The translations under genes and the position numbers were made by a program. Under the pieces are notes generated by a model that was not told the DNA's origin, did no database searches, and saw only the letters and a program-made list of their open reading frames with translations. A DNA stretch of 64,000 bases from Adineta vaga (taxonomy: Eukaryota > Animalia > Rotifera): contig CP075493.1 of the NCBI GenBank assembly GCA_021613535.1, positions 9,238,001 to 9,302,000 of the forward strand, in the 5' to 3' direction. Position 1 is the first letter of the stretch; each line of letters begins with the position of its first letter. Shown here in pieces: positions 13,523 to 26,900 of this stretch.

Positions 13523-15622
13523 ATGTCTTCATCATCATCATCATCATCAGTGACAATTAAAAAACCTATTCGAGAATTAAATTCTATTACAAATCATTTA
13601 CTTTTAACCAAAACTCTTGATTCACTTACAAATAATACCGAAATATCATCATCAATAAAAGAAAATGTTTCCAAATCAACTGATAATATTTCAAACTTAC
13701 TTAATTTCTATAATTTGCTTAGTAACAGTAATCAAAATCAGTTATCATCAGTTATAGAAAATTCTTCTTTTGTTAATAATAATAATAATTTCAAAGACAA
13801 AAGTTCAACAAAAAGGTAATTATAGATTTGATTTCATATCTTATTCAATATTTCAATTAGATCATCATCATCAGAATTAACACCTATGATATATTTATGT
13901 CGATTTCATCAACGAAATCGTTTAATTGAAGTACCAATAACTAGTGAATATTATCATCAACAACATGGAATTTCACATGAATATTTAAAAACTTTAATCG
14001 GTATGAAAAAAGATATTTTGAATAACTTATTGCAACAGAATGTGTTCTTTTTTGTTCTAGTTCAAGAATTTCAATTACATCAAATACCAAAAGCGAAATT
14101 AATTATTCAAATATGGAATGATCAATATCAAGATTACATCGATATTGAATCATTCAAACAAATACCATTGGAAGGTCGTTTAAATGTGTTAATGTAAGAC
14201 TTTCTCCTAATCCACATTGGGTTCATCACATTTTTCTATGTTCAAAAGATAGACAATCAGATTCTTATCATTCTAGTCTTATCCGATTCTTATGTTAGAA
14301 AACATGTAGAAGTCATATTTAGTTTTTATATTTTGCTAATAAGACTTATAGAATAATATAATAACATCATATAGGAAATTGTCATGTATAATTCTTGAGA
14401 AATAAAACAGATACATTATTGAGTTGTGTCTATTCGAAAAATAAACTTTAACAAGACATCTATTTGACAATGCCTGGATGATTGTAAAGACAATAATTAT
14501 ATTCATGATTATGAACGTAGAGTGCAGAAATTCTTTGTACTAGATTACTCATAATTTCAATCTATTGATGTAAAGGGAACTAAGAATTTTGATATGTATA
14601 GTATTTTTAAAAACAAATTTTCAATTTAGTGAAAAAGATATCAATTCAATAGAAGATTCATCTTTGTTACCTTCTAAAAGTTCTTCAACACCAGTGTCAT
14701 CTCATACAATCACTACAACAGCACGTTCAGTAACACCTAATTCATTTCAAACAATAACTGATGCAACTTCAACACCATTAATATCTAATCGTTCGACACA
14801 TTTACATGATACAATTGATTCTTCGCCACAAATAATTCCTAAAAATGAAAAGATCTATGAAGAATCATTGAATAAGTAAGTTCGATTGAATGAAATTCTT
14901 CGACAATATTCATTTGAATTTCTTCAGTATATCAGCGACACAATCATCTGATCATTCTTCACATCCTCTTATGTATGATCTATTACCAAAACCAACAGAT
15001 GGTATACCTATTCCACGTTTTCCACCTCACATAGCTGCTTTTCTCAATGGAAATGGTGACGCCAATCAATTGAATGCTGTTGTTCAAGTACTTTATCAAG
15101 AAATAGTTAAATATGAACTGTAATTCAAAACCTTTTCTTCTCCATTTCATTCTCTTTTTCAATCTTTTTAGTTATCCGAATGCTGATGAACTTCGTTCGA
15201 TTGTTAATCGTCTAGTTGATCGATATCCTCTATGTATATCAGTTATTGGTAGTATTGAATTATTAGTTCGAAAATTATATTATAAATTTTGTAATGAACG
15301 AAAGAAGTATCCTGTTGAATTAAAACGTCGTCAACCTAATAAGAGAAAACGAATGGCACGTGATGAAGATATATCTATCAATACTGTCAATCAACCAATA
15401 TGTTCGTCAGAAGAACGTGGAGAAAATCTTCCCAATGATTCCAATCAAATGTGGTTTGATTATTTAAAACAAATGTGGACAAGTACAGCAACTGATCAAC
15501 AAAATTCGAATTCATCATCAACTTCATCATCACCCAGTTCGAATAATGTCGATCAATCAGAAAAATATCATCCAATTAATTTATCAATTTCAATGAATAA
15601 TAATCTTTTGTGCACGGAATAA
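13523..15622 (+). CDS. Multi-exon uncharacterised protein: PB1/ubiquitin-like segment plus SAMD3-like 'YP..LV..YP..K..NER' domain and basic NLS
   Basis: ORF fragments join through short GT-AG introns (one 436-nt intron, 14194-14629); Ser/Asn-rich linkers; C-terminal YPNADELRSIVNRLVDRYP...KFCNERKK and KRRQPNKRKR. Family assignment is from recalled motif similarity only. Confidence 0.7.
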
Positions 15623-16716
15623 TAACTGAGCTGTAAATCTCTTTTTCGTAATCAATTTATGCAAAAACAATTCTTTTTTTTTGTGAAAGATAGAGTAGAG
15701 ATCATTCAGGTTTCTTTTTTTTCTCCCTTCTGTTTGTTATTCAATTAAATACTATTCTTCCTATCAGTTAATTCACCACTCAACATGCTTCCTGACATTG
15801 GAAAGAAAACGGATGTCAATTAATTTTGTCATTTCACAATTGAATGATCAAGTTTTCCTCAACTGATGACAATTGCTCTTATCATCACATCTATTTTTAA
15901 AAAAATATCATATCTACTTCAAGAATAAACGACTGTTGAGTTCAATGATTCGAATATACCTCAGTACGAAATTTTCAAAATTCAAGAATAATTATGGCGA
16001 ATTTCTTCTTTACACTAATTTATTCGTAACATGAGAAGAGCGAACACATTAAGGTGAAATTACTTTGAAACTTTATCCTATTCATTTTTATAGAAAAAAA
16101 GAAAACGAAGATAATCCTGAATGAGAAAGATAGGTAACGTTACTTAAGATCCTTCCTCTGAGGAAAAAAAGAGAAGAATAGTCATGCACGATGTATAAAG
16201 GATACTGTCAGTGCTAAGAGACAGATACATAAATACTAGTAATTGGAGAATACTGTTGTATAATAGATAAATTCCATTTCCTTCTCTTTCTCTCCTCTTA
16301 ATAATAAATATAATAGAACATTAATTTTTATGATTTTTTATTTATAGATAAAGTTTCTTTTGTTTAGTTGATCTGTTTCTTCTGTTTTATTTCATTTTAT
16401 ATTCTTTTTTTCTTTTTCCTATTGATCTTATACATTTTATCATATTGACAAGTTAGAAAATTGAAATTTATTAGTATATAAAACATCCATTTTATCTGTC
16501 GTCTGTTCTTTAATATTTTATTTCTTCTATTACTTTAGAGCCTATGGATATAAATATATTCTTATTCTGTTCTTTTTCAACAGGGAAAAGAATTCAGAAA
16601 TGTTAGTAAGATTAACTTCGATATGGAGAGTGAAATTTTATTTTAATCCAACAATAGAATAGGAGTGAAGTAAACAAACCATTATGTTTCTGTTTCGTTT
16701 TTAGATACACGTCAAA

Positions 16717-18533
16717 ATGAATATAGCGAATCAAACAACGAATTTTCTCAGTAATAATTCATTTATATCGACTATAGATCCAACAAATGAATGTCCCGAT
16801 CAACGTCTTATAACTCGTCCATTGTTATTTGTTCATAACTATTCATTATTTGTATTTGGTTCTATTTTAAATATACTTGCATTTTTTATTCTAATGCAAA
16901 GTTCTCTACGTTGTCATTCAACATTTGCTTATTTAGCATTTCTATCTTTATCAAATGGTTTATTATCATTAGTACGTTTTATTCAATGGATGTTAACATT
17001 TTACTTGAAAATCGATTCTGAATATCATTTGTATACATGTCGTCTTTATCGTTTTTCATTCGATTTTCTAACACATTTTAGTTTATTAACATTAATATGT
17101 GTCAACATCGATCGAGCTCAAACAGTTACACGAAGTCGACCAAATACAAAATTTTCCAATGCAATATTTCGAAAAGTTTTAATTAGAGAATTGATGATTG
17201 CTACTGTTCTAAGTGGTTATCATTTTCATTGGCTGGTAAAATTTGGACATGAAGGTAATTTCTATAGTAATCGAAATTTCATTAGCAGTCTAATCTATCG
17301 TTTCAGTTGTGTATGTCTCGTATTCTAACAGATGAAAGATGATATCAGTAACAGAAGATTCTTTGAAATAAAATCTAACGACTGATATACTACATATTAG
17401 AGTTATCTCACAAATTAATGAATGCATATTGAGTTCATCTTGACATCTAGTGATATAGGTACTCAATATCTTCCTTGTTTTGTTTAGTTTTTGATGGTGA
17501 AAGGAAACGAACAATTTGTAGTTTAATACAAGATCGAACACCAACGATTTATTATTATTTCCTATCAAAAATCTATCATCGAATTGAACTCATTGTTTTC
17601 TTCTGTTTTCCTCTTATCATTAATATTATTTGTACAATTCTTATTGTTCGTAGTTTACATTTACGAATGCGTACAGCTCGACGTTTTAATCCCTATAGTC
17701 GAGTTGTTCGTCATTCTGAACAAGGTCAATTTTTAAAACGAACACAACAATTATTTTCATGTCTTGTACCACGAACAACAACGAAATCGAATATTTATTC
17801 ATGTTTTTGTTTTCAAATACAATGTCGACGTCATACAGAATTACGTTTAAAAATTGCCCGAGAAGAACCACATTTAATCAAATGTGACGAAGAAAATGAA
17901 TCAACGGATCAACAACAATCGATTTCATTAAATAATGATGTATTACCTGACATGCAACAAATAACAACAATAACAGCCACTATATTAAATAAAGCTCATC
18001 GATCGCGACGTATACGTGATATACATTTGTCAGCAATGTTGATTGTTCTAAATGTTCTTTATCTAATATTTAATTTACCATATAATTTCTATCACAATTT
18101 TGTGGTTAGTCTACCTAAGAATGCTCGTGATGAATGCACTGCGGGATTTATTAGTCTTCTACTTGATATATTACAACAAACATATTTTTCGACAAATTTC
18201 TTCCTATATGTTTTAACAAATCGACGTTTTCGAGAAGAATTTTACAATACAATGATGAAATTATGTACACGAAGACAACAATATTTGTTAAGAAAAAGTA
18301 TGCGACAACGACAAGCACGAAGTTTAAGTTTAATACCATCGACAGCAATTATCAGTAATTTTAATGGCGATTATCAAACAATTTTAGCACAAAATCGAGA
18401 TAGTCTTCGTTCGGATATTGAATTAACTCAACCATCAACATTGGAACAACAAACTATTCTTACTGAAGAAGGAAGTAATACTTTCATTGCAAAATTAGTT
18501 ATGTTGAAAAATCAATCTGATGAACAAGTATGA
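16717..18533 (+). CDS. Rhodopsin-like peptide-receptor-type GPCR with long third intracellular loop (two coding exons)
   Basis: GSILN (TM1), STFAYLAFLS (TM2), NIDRA (DRY variant), FNLPY (TM6), TNFFLY...NRRFR (TM7/helix 8); intron ~17255-17488. Confidence 0.88.
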
Positions 18534-19010
18534 CAATAATAAAGTTTTCTTTTTTTTGTTCTTGTAAATCTAATTCAGTTCTGAATATAACATATTTCGT
18601 TTACATTCTTAGTGCAATATAATGTGTTCTTTTACATACAAAGATAATCATCAAAAAGAAATTTCACATGTGATTCAAAGAACATGTTCAATACTTATGA
18701 CGACATCGATATTAACCTTGTCATTTAACATAAAATAGTCATTGTATTGCATGATAAATTGTGTGAAGTATTGTGATAGAGAAAGGGAAAGAAACGGAGG
18801 ACATAAAGTGTGCAACTGGCCTTTTGACTTGTACAAAGCATAGAATACAAGAAGAAGAAGAAGAAGAAGGAAAAAAAGAATGAAAACGTACTTTTGTAAG
18901 GTTATAAAAACGATACGATAACAAAAATCGACATGAAAAAACACTTTAACAAGAATTATATTTATAGTATAAGAACGAGACTACCTGCTTGATTCTATAA
19001 GTGAAGGATT

Positions 19011-19256
19011 ATGGCAGAGAAATCTCGTTTAATTTGGCAAATCTTTCAAGCTATTGAAAATAATGATGATGAACACTATTTATGGAATTTACTTGAACAA
19101 ATAACAACAACAAGTTTTGATCAAGGTATTGTTTATATGACATACGCAGGTGAAACACCACAATCATCCGCTGAAAAACTCAATCGATCTCGATTATTAC
19201 AACTATTACAACTTCATGAAAAATTAACTCATATTCGTGCACAATTTCAATCTTAG
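19011..19256 (+). CDS. Small 81-aa ankyrin-repeat-like protein
   Basis: Intronless ATG ORF with IFQAIENND...LL and GETP...A...LLQLL patterns resembling about 1.5 ankyrin repeats. Confidence 0.55.
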   Translation: MAEKSRLIWQIFQAIENNDDEHYLWNLLEQITTTSFDQGIVYMTYAGETPQSSAEKLNRSRLLQLLQLHEKLTHIRAQFQS

Positions 19257-20222
19257 TAAATATTTTCATATAGAAATTAATAACAAAACTTCTCGATATT
19301 TTTTTCCTTTTATCTTACAAATTTTATTAATAAATAATAATAGTATATACGAGTAGATGGATTGTTTCCGTTTCAAAAACATACACGAACTATATCATGC
19401 ATGTATACCATCAAAGTCTGTTATGTTGAGTGAACTATTAAACTACTTTTCATGACAATCGAAAACAAAAAATTGATACAATGGTGAATCATTTCAGGAA
19501 TAATTCGTAAATTCTTTTGTATTTCTTGAAAATGTTAGGTCAGATTTATACTATTGCGCTTCAGAATTTATTACTTTGTTTGACTTCGTATAATAATTTA
19601 ATCATAATTCTTTTCTTTTACATTAAACAGATTCGTGACATAAGTGGTGCTCTGCAATTTTCATGAGATACAACTAAAGTATGTCAAAATGTTCTTTTGC
19701 CATAATGCATCACTAAAAAGATCTTAAAATAGGGTGACAGAAAATTCTATTTATATCATCAGAATTTGTCTCATTAATAAAGATTTTAATATATTACGCT
19801 ACGCATAGATTATATTCATAAGTATTAATCATTGTTAACACTATACCATACATCACTCACGATGTGAATTGCAGTTGTAAGAAAATTATGTTTATAAATA
19901 AATTTAGTGGAATGACGAAGATAATCGAATGATTTCGAAATGTATAATTATCGTTAAAATGTTATTACAAGATAATCACAGACTTTCCATATTTTTTTTA
20001 CTACAATACAGATGAATATGAACTAATTTTAATTCTGTATTTTTTTCGCAATATTCAAACAACACAATATAGTGTTTTCTGTCAGTTTAAAATCACAAGA
20101 TATTTATTTCTTTGTAAATATTATTTATACATCAATAAACAAAGAAAATAAAAACCATGGATTGTTCCTACGAATTGAGAGGGGTATTTTTCATGGATAA
20201 CATATTTTTCGAGTGCGTGTCT

Positions 20223-21079
20223 ATGTATAAAAACAAGCTAGCCCTGGATATTAATACTGTTAAAGAAGAAAGAAAAATATGATATAATGTATATAGATTA
20301 TTACGAGTGGTTCGAGTGGAATTGATTTAGGTCTTGCGCGATATTTTGTTAAAGCTAGTGCTATTGTGATAATAACAGGTCGTCGCGAACAATCATTAAA
20401 AGAAGCTACGAATGAATTAAATGAACTACAAAAGAAAAAAGTGATCTATCGTATCAATTATGTTGCGAATGTCAATGAAAGACGAGCTTTATATGATTGG
20501 ATCATTCAGGAACATCCACAAACAAATATTCTCAATAATAATGATGGTATTCAAAAAGGTTCGCCCATTCCAGATCAAGGAAAACCTGCTAAAAATTTCA
20601 TTTTGGAAGAACAAGGAAAAGTCATTGAAATAAATCTATCTGCACCGATACATTTATCTTATTTGTTTGTATCACATTTTCGTCAAATGAATGTGTCAAA
20701 GGCAATTGTTAAAGTTTCATCTGGTTTAGCTTTTGTAACCTTAGCATCAACACCGATCTATTCCGCAACAAAAGCAGCTTTACATTCATTTACTATGAGT
20801 CTTCGTTATCAAATGATGAATAACATAAAGAATGTTCATGTTTATGAAATTGTTCCACCAACTGTACAAACAAATCTCGGTGGTGGTCAATCTTTCGGTG
20901 AACCACTTGATGAATATTGTCGAGCAACATTTGAAAGTTTACTTCAAGATCAGCAAGAAATAGGTTATAGAATATCAGAAAATATGAGTAAAATGACATC
21001 ACGTGAAGAAGTAAATGATTTATTTGTGAAACTTAATGGTAATTTAAAAAAAGCAATTCAAGATTCAACAGATTCTTAA
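20223..21079 (+). CDS. Bacterial-type short-chain dehydrogenase/reductase (DltE-like), possibly degenerate
   Basis: Frame open from 20297: IITSGSSGIDLGLAR, VIITGRRE, VSSGLAF, catalytic YSATK, AALHSFTMSLR, EIVPPTVQTNLGG. Probable first exon MYKNKLALDINT (20223-20258) and a short 38-nt GT-AG intron 20259-20296. Confidence 0.85.
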
Positions 21080-22446
21080 AATTAATGAGAAGTTAAAGGA
21101 AATATTTAAAGATAAAAACTATTGTTAAGATGCCATTCGTATTCGTTAGAAAAAAAATTCATAATTAACGGCTTTTTATTCAAAGAAAATGGTACTATTT
21201 AATGCCATGAGATATTAAGAAAGAACCGTTTTCTTTGAATACTTTGAAAAACACGATATTCACGATATAAACGATTTTATTAACAAGTTTTTTATTTTTA
21301 AAATGTCAAGAGTTACTGTTTTCTATAAAATATAGACTATCTAAAACCCGAAGAACAATTGATTTCCTTCACAGCTATAGCACTCATTGACACTAAACAC
21401 TCATGCTTTAATATTTTCAATGGTTGAGTGTCTGATCACTCACGATGGTTTTATAAACCACACAAAGATCTATGAAAATTCTTTTCAAAATAAAATATAA
21501 ATATATTACTGAATTTGAAAATGTTCAGAAAAAAAAGAGACAGGAAATGATAAGATTATGGTTTAATGATACGTCGTTGCATAATTTTGAAAATCCTAAG
21601 ATCGATAGCAGTATATGAAGGAACTGTCGTAGATGGAATAAACGATTGCATGTTGATTTATCCTTGACTTCTGATATCATATTTGAAAACGAAATAATTG
21701 AATGTGCATAGAATATAAATTTTTGAAATAAAATTCATTGATTTTTATTCTTAGGTTTTACCACGAGATTTAAACTTGGATCTTTCTCCATGGATTTAGT
21801 ACAAAACTCGCACCGCTTTAATATCACGCAAACCAAGTTGATCATTTGGAACGCACTGCAAATGTCATTTATATAGATAAGTGAATGGATTTGTTCGATT
21901 TCTATCGAAACCAAGATCATTGGACACCAGTAATTAATCAAATAAAAGACATATTTTATCATCTTTTGCTCTATTTATGACATCCTATTTCATTCAATGT
22001 GGACATATCGAATGACACACATTGCGTTTCACACATTACTGTAAAACTCAATATTAGTTCATTTCATCACGCCATCAATGAGTGAAATGCCGGCATACCT
22101 GCTAGTTGCCATCATTCCTCTCACATGCACTCATTCTCGCTTGCTCTCTGTCTATAAACCAACCATAGAACGTTGTTTTATTCGTCTGTTCTGTTCTTTC
22201 GCAACAGCCATATACACCTATTCATTCTCACATTTACCTAAATTGAGAATACGGACAGACAATGAAAGAGTAGAACTCTTGCTGTACGTGTATGCTCTCA
22301 GTTTGCCTGTCGACCATTGCTTTCGGGAAGGCATCTAAAATAGGATGATAATCGTTGTTCGTTTCTTCGTTCGCTTTTATTCTCTTCTCTTCTATCCCCT
22401 CCATTCCTCCGTCCGTCCATGCTACACGATGAACGGGCAAACAAAT

Positions 22447-22505
22447 GCGTTCGCTTCTAGTATGCGTACGTGTTTGTGCTTACAGTCTTACGAGCAAGCG
22501 GACGT
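22447..22505 (+). ncRNA. Candidate pre-miRNA-sized hairpin
   Basis: GCGTTCGCTT (22447-22456) pairs with AAGCGGACGT (22496-22505) using two G-U pairs; pairing continues inward with bulges and a few bp outward. No known miRNA recognised. Confidence 0.3.
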
Positions 22506-23237
22506 GTGTTCTCTTCCTCGGCATACACCCTAGTGTAAAATAGTAAAAAGCAGCAGCAATCTAGGAGATCGGCGAACGAAAGAAAGGATAGGGGAAAAAA
22601 GGAGAATGCATTTAGTAAGCAGCCAGTCGTTGTAGATGTAGCACCAACGACTGTTATTTATTCGACTAGAAGTCTGCATACATATTCATCATCATAACAT
22701 ACAAGTATAAATACGCAAAGTAACGTTTTGTTTTGGGAGCATGTTTTTTTTCTACGATTCCTAATAGGTTTTTAAATGACATTTTTCGAAAATGTTGATA
22801 AACAGATAATTATAAAATGATTTTGATGGATAATGATACAAACATGAATATTTTCTTGTGTAAATTTTATAGTCATTCGATGACATGTGATTTACCATCT
22901 CGAAAGCGGAAAGAAAATGAGGGAAGAACGAGAGTAGACAAGAAAAAAAGAGATCGGTCACGACAACAAAAAGGTAACATGATGTGGATAGTGACTGTTC
23001 TTCATCTCTTCTTTCGTTAAGATTCAGTAATAATAAACTGTGAGTAATCTATCTGTTTATTTTACTTGATCTCAATTCAAAATCAATGCATATACACATA
23101 CACACTTCACAGTTACCGATGCGTATCATATAGGATTATTCGGCAAATGGACTCAATCTCTGGCCATGTTTCTTTTTCTCTCCGCACACACACACATTAG
23201 TTTCAGTAGTTCCATTTCTTTTCATTATTATTATCCT

Positions 23238-23276
23238 CATCAGCAACAGCAGCAGCAGCAGCAGCAGTAGTAGCAT
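23238..23276. repeat. (CAG)n-like trinucleotide microsatellite
   Basis: CAT/CAG/CAA/TAG triplet run seen directly, in non-coding DNA upstream of the zinc-finger gene. Confidence 0.85.
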
Positions 23277-23929
23277 ACGATGTTGACTATGAGTACTTGC
23301 TTTTACACTGCAGGCAGCTGCAATAGTTAAGTCGTGCATATGCCCTCAGTCGTACTCTCTTTTCTAAAAGCAGAGAAGAAGAAGAAGAAGAAGAACACAC
23401 AAGAAATTGCCGATGTTGATTTCCGTCGGAGCGTGCTGCAATAACTGTCGGTCGTGCCAGAACACATTGCGAGCGAACCTTGGTAGACATTCTAACTATA
23501 CTGGTTCGTTATGTATGAAAGCAAAAAAGAGAAAAAAAAGAAAAAGAAAGATCGAAGCAACTTCTAAGGTGTGTTCTGTTATTTATTTATAATACTGAAA
23601 ATAATACGTATAAAAATGAGTATACAAATATTTGAGTCATAAAGAAGAAGAAAATCATCGATTTCTAAACACAAGCAAAAAAATTATTCAAAAAAAACGG
23701 CAGTGTATTCATGTCTGTTTATACCAGTATGATGCACACATGTCTATTCTTCTATTTTTTTCTTCTCTTCGCTCCTATATAGCAGACAACGAAGTATACA
23801 CGCGCGTAATTATCGTATCGAAATGCAGAGAGAGAGAGAGGAAAAAGAAGGCGGTAATCTCGTCCACGGTCAATTCTATTTCATTTTTTAGACAAATTAA
23901 ACAACAACAACAACAACATAACAGCCGCT

Positions 23930-26900
23930 ATGTTGATGGATAGTACCCTTGATACAGATGGTACAGCATTTATCTGTCCTGAATGTAGTTTCAATGGTAC
24001 AAGTTTACCAGAATTAATTAGTCATTTGAATGAAGCACATGGTGAAGGTTTGTTGTTGATATATTCTTATCGGATATTATTTGATTATGTTCTTTTTTAG
24101 AAACAGCAACAAAGAGTTGTTCACCACCGAAAAATTCCGCAACGTTGTCAAATGAAAAGCGATCAAGACGTAAACCAGCATTTAGTCATCAAGTAAATTG
24201 GGAAGATTCATATAGTTTGTTTTGATATCGAGCGATTTTATTTTCATTCTCAGATTATATCACAACCACCACGTCAATCGTTACCAGTATTTAAACAATC
24301 TAATGTTGATCCAGGTTTGTTTTTAATCTTTTGAGCTCATTTTTTTTCAATTTATTCTTTAGGTTCAATTCATTTCTGGGATCGTGTTATTTCTATCGAT
24401 GAAAATGATCGAAGATTTTCCGAGGTTTAACTCTTAAATCTAATAAATTTCAAAAAGAATTAATTATTATTTGTTTTCTACAAATTTAGCCCACTTCAAT
24501 TCGTGATGAAAATGCTATTCAATTAAAGATTAGTCCACAACGACCAATAGCACCTAAAATAAACAATACACCATCGATACCAATCGATTCTTCACCTCCT
24601 TCTTCTCCATTTACTTCACCATCTTTTCAACCAATTCAAAAAAATTTTCAATGTAGAATTTGTCATTTAACATACAAAGTAATTTCTATTCAGAATTCTT
24701 CACTTTTATATTGATTCATCGTTTTCTAATAGAATTTTCATGATTGTACAGCGCACATCCGTCGTAAACATGAAATTAGTCATGCACAAGCTGGTCGTTA
24801 TGTTGCTAAACTTGATACCGATGTTCCATTACCACCGTCTGCAACAGGACATTATAAAATTCGTTTAAAAGTTAAATCTTTACCTCCACAACCTCCTCCA
24901 ATTACAACAGTTGAGAATTTTACGAAAACATATCAATGTAAATATTGTTCCTATACGACTCCTTGGCTAAAAGATATGTCTCGACATGAACGACAAAGAC
25001 ATGCAAATTATCCTTCCTATGTTCAACAAGAAATACCACATTATACTAATAACAAACAGAATGATTTATCAGCACTTTTAATCGATAATGTTGAAACATA
25101 TAATGAAGGTCTTCCAAATCCAAATGAAGAAATTATTATGATTGAAGAAGATATTGATGATGATGACGAAGAGGAAGCGTAAGATGATTTTTGAAATACT
25201 ATCCAAATATTGAATTGATTATGATTGTTTTTCCTTCTAGTCTTTGGAAATATCAGCAAGAACTGAACAATCTAACAGAATCACCAACAAATCCTAATCC
25301 TAACATTCATCATCATAGTAATAATCATTATAATGCAAGTTTACTTCCAAAACCTTTTAAGAAATTTCAATGTCCACATTGTGAACATTCGTAAGTTACA
25401 AGACTAAAATCGATTCATGTTTTTCTATATAAATTTCGTGAATAATTCGTTTATAGATCACCAAAATTAGCAAAACTTAAACTTCATATTGCAACTCATA
25501 CGAATATAAAACCATATATGTGTTCAATTTGTGGTTGGCGCGCTAATCTTCGATGGTATATTCAGGTATTTTATTATATTCATTTTAAAGTTTTAGAAAA
25601 CGAATACAGAATATTATTTATTGTTAGTGTCATGCAAAAAAACGTCATCCAAATCAAAATTTCGAAGTCTTACAATTATCTCATGAAGAAGCTGAACAAA
25701 CCATTAATGCTTATATGCGTGAACAAGGTTTTCAAACAAAAATTCATAATCGTTATGATTCAAAACATCATTATCAATGTTCATTATGTCAATTTCGGTC
25801 GAATCATCCTCGATTTATTGAACAACATATCGAAGCCAATCATAGTCAACTTGTTGAACAGAATAATAATCATCCAAATTTAACTGCTTTAGATCTGAAT
25901 TCTCAATATTCATCAAAAGTTGTTTATGCTAATTTTTCTTCTCATCCAAATTTTAATCCAAATCGTTTATACTATTGTTCTTTATGTTATCGTGGTTATC
26001 GTTGGCGTTATGATGTTAAACGACATCATAAAACGATGCATGAAACATCTGATGATGAATTATCTAAAAGTCGAAATTTTCATTATCTTGAATATGTTCC
26101 ACAAATTGATAGTCTAATTTCAGCAACAATGTCAAGTATTCATAATTCAATGAGACATGAAAATGAAATTGAAGATGATGATGATGATTTAAAATTAAGT
26201 ATTGCTGATGCACGTACAGTTGATGTAACTGATGATGAAGCAGCCGCTCTATTAATGATTGAACCAGATAAACCAGAAATGAATCCAGTTGTTATTGATG
26301 ATCATCCTGAAGATGCAATTATTATATTTGAAGATGATCGAATGAATAAATCAACATCGGAAATAACAAGAACATCCTCTCGACCAACATATAAACCTTT
26401 TCGTTGTCCATATTGTTTTTATCGAACAAATTGGCGTACAGATTGTATGCGTCATATTCGAGCAAGACATAAAATCGATCCCAATCAAAATGGTTACTAT
26501 GAAATGTCATCGGAAGAAGCTGAAAGAACTTATGACGATTATGAACGAACATTTGGCTTCATTGTTTCAAAGAAAGTTTTGGCACGTTTTACTGATTTTC
26601 GTCAAATTTCATGGGAAGATTTAAAGAAATCAATCTGGGAGAAAATCAAAGATAAACCAGATTTTGAACAATGTATTTATGATCGTCTTCGACCAAATGA
26701 TTATTCAAAGACACCTGTACCCTCAACACCATCAGTACAACCAATTGTTATTACATTACCAAATAAAGTATCAATGATAAAACCTAAACGTGTATTTACC
26801 TGCATGGATTGTGCATTTGATTCACATCGAATTTATGAATTAGAAAGACATATTTGTGCCAAAGTTCAAAAAGTTTGTTGTTTCAAAAATCCATTAATGT

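Noticed and set aside
22078-23943. Cluster of short ORFs on both strands upstream of the zinc-finger gene
   Set aside because: They arise from microsatellites and locally higher GC; no domains or coherent plus-strand splicing.
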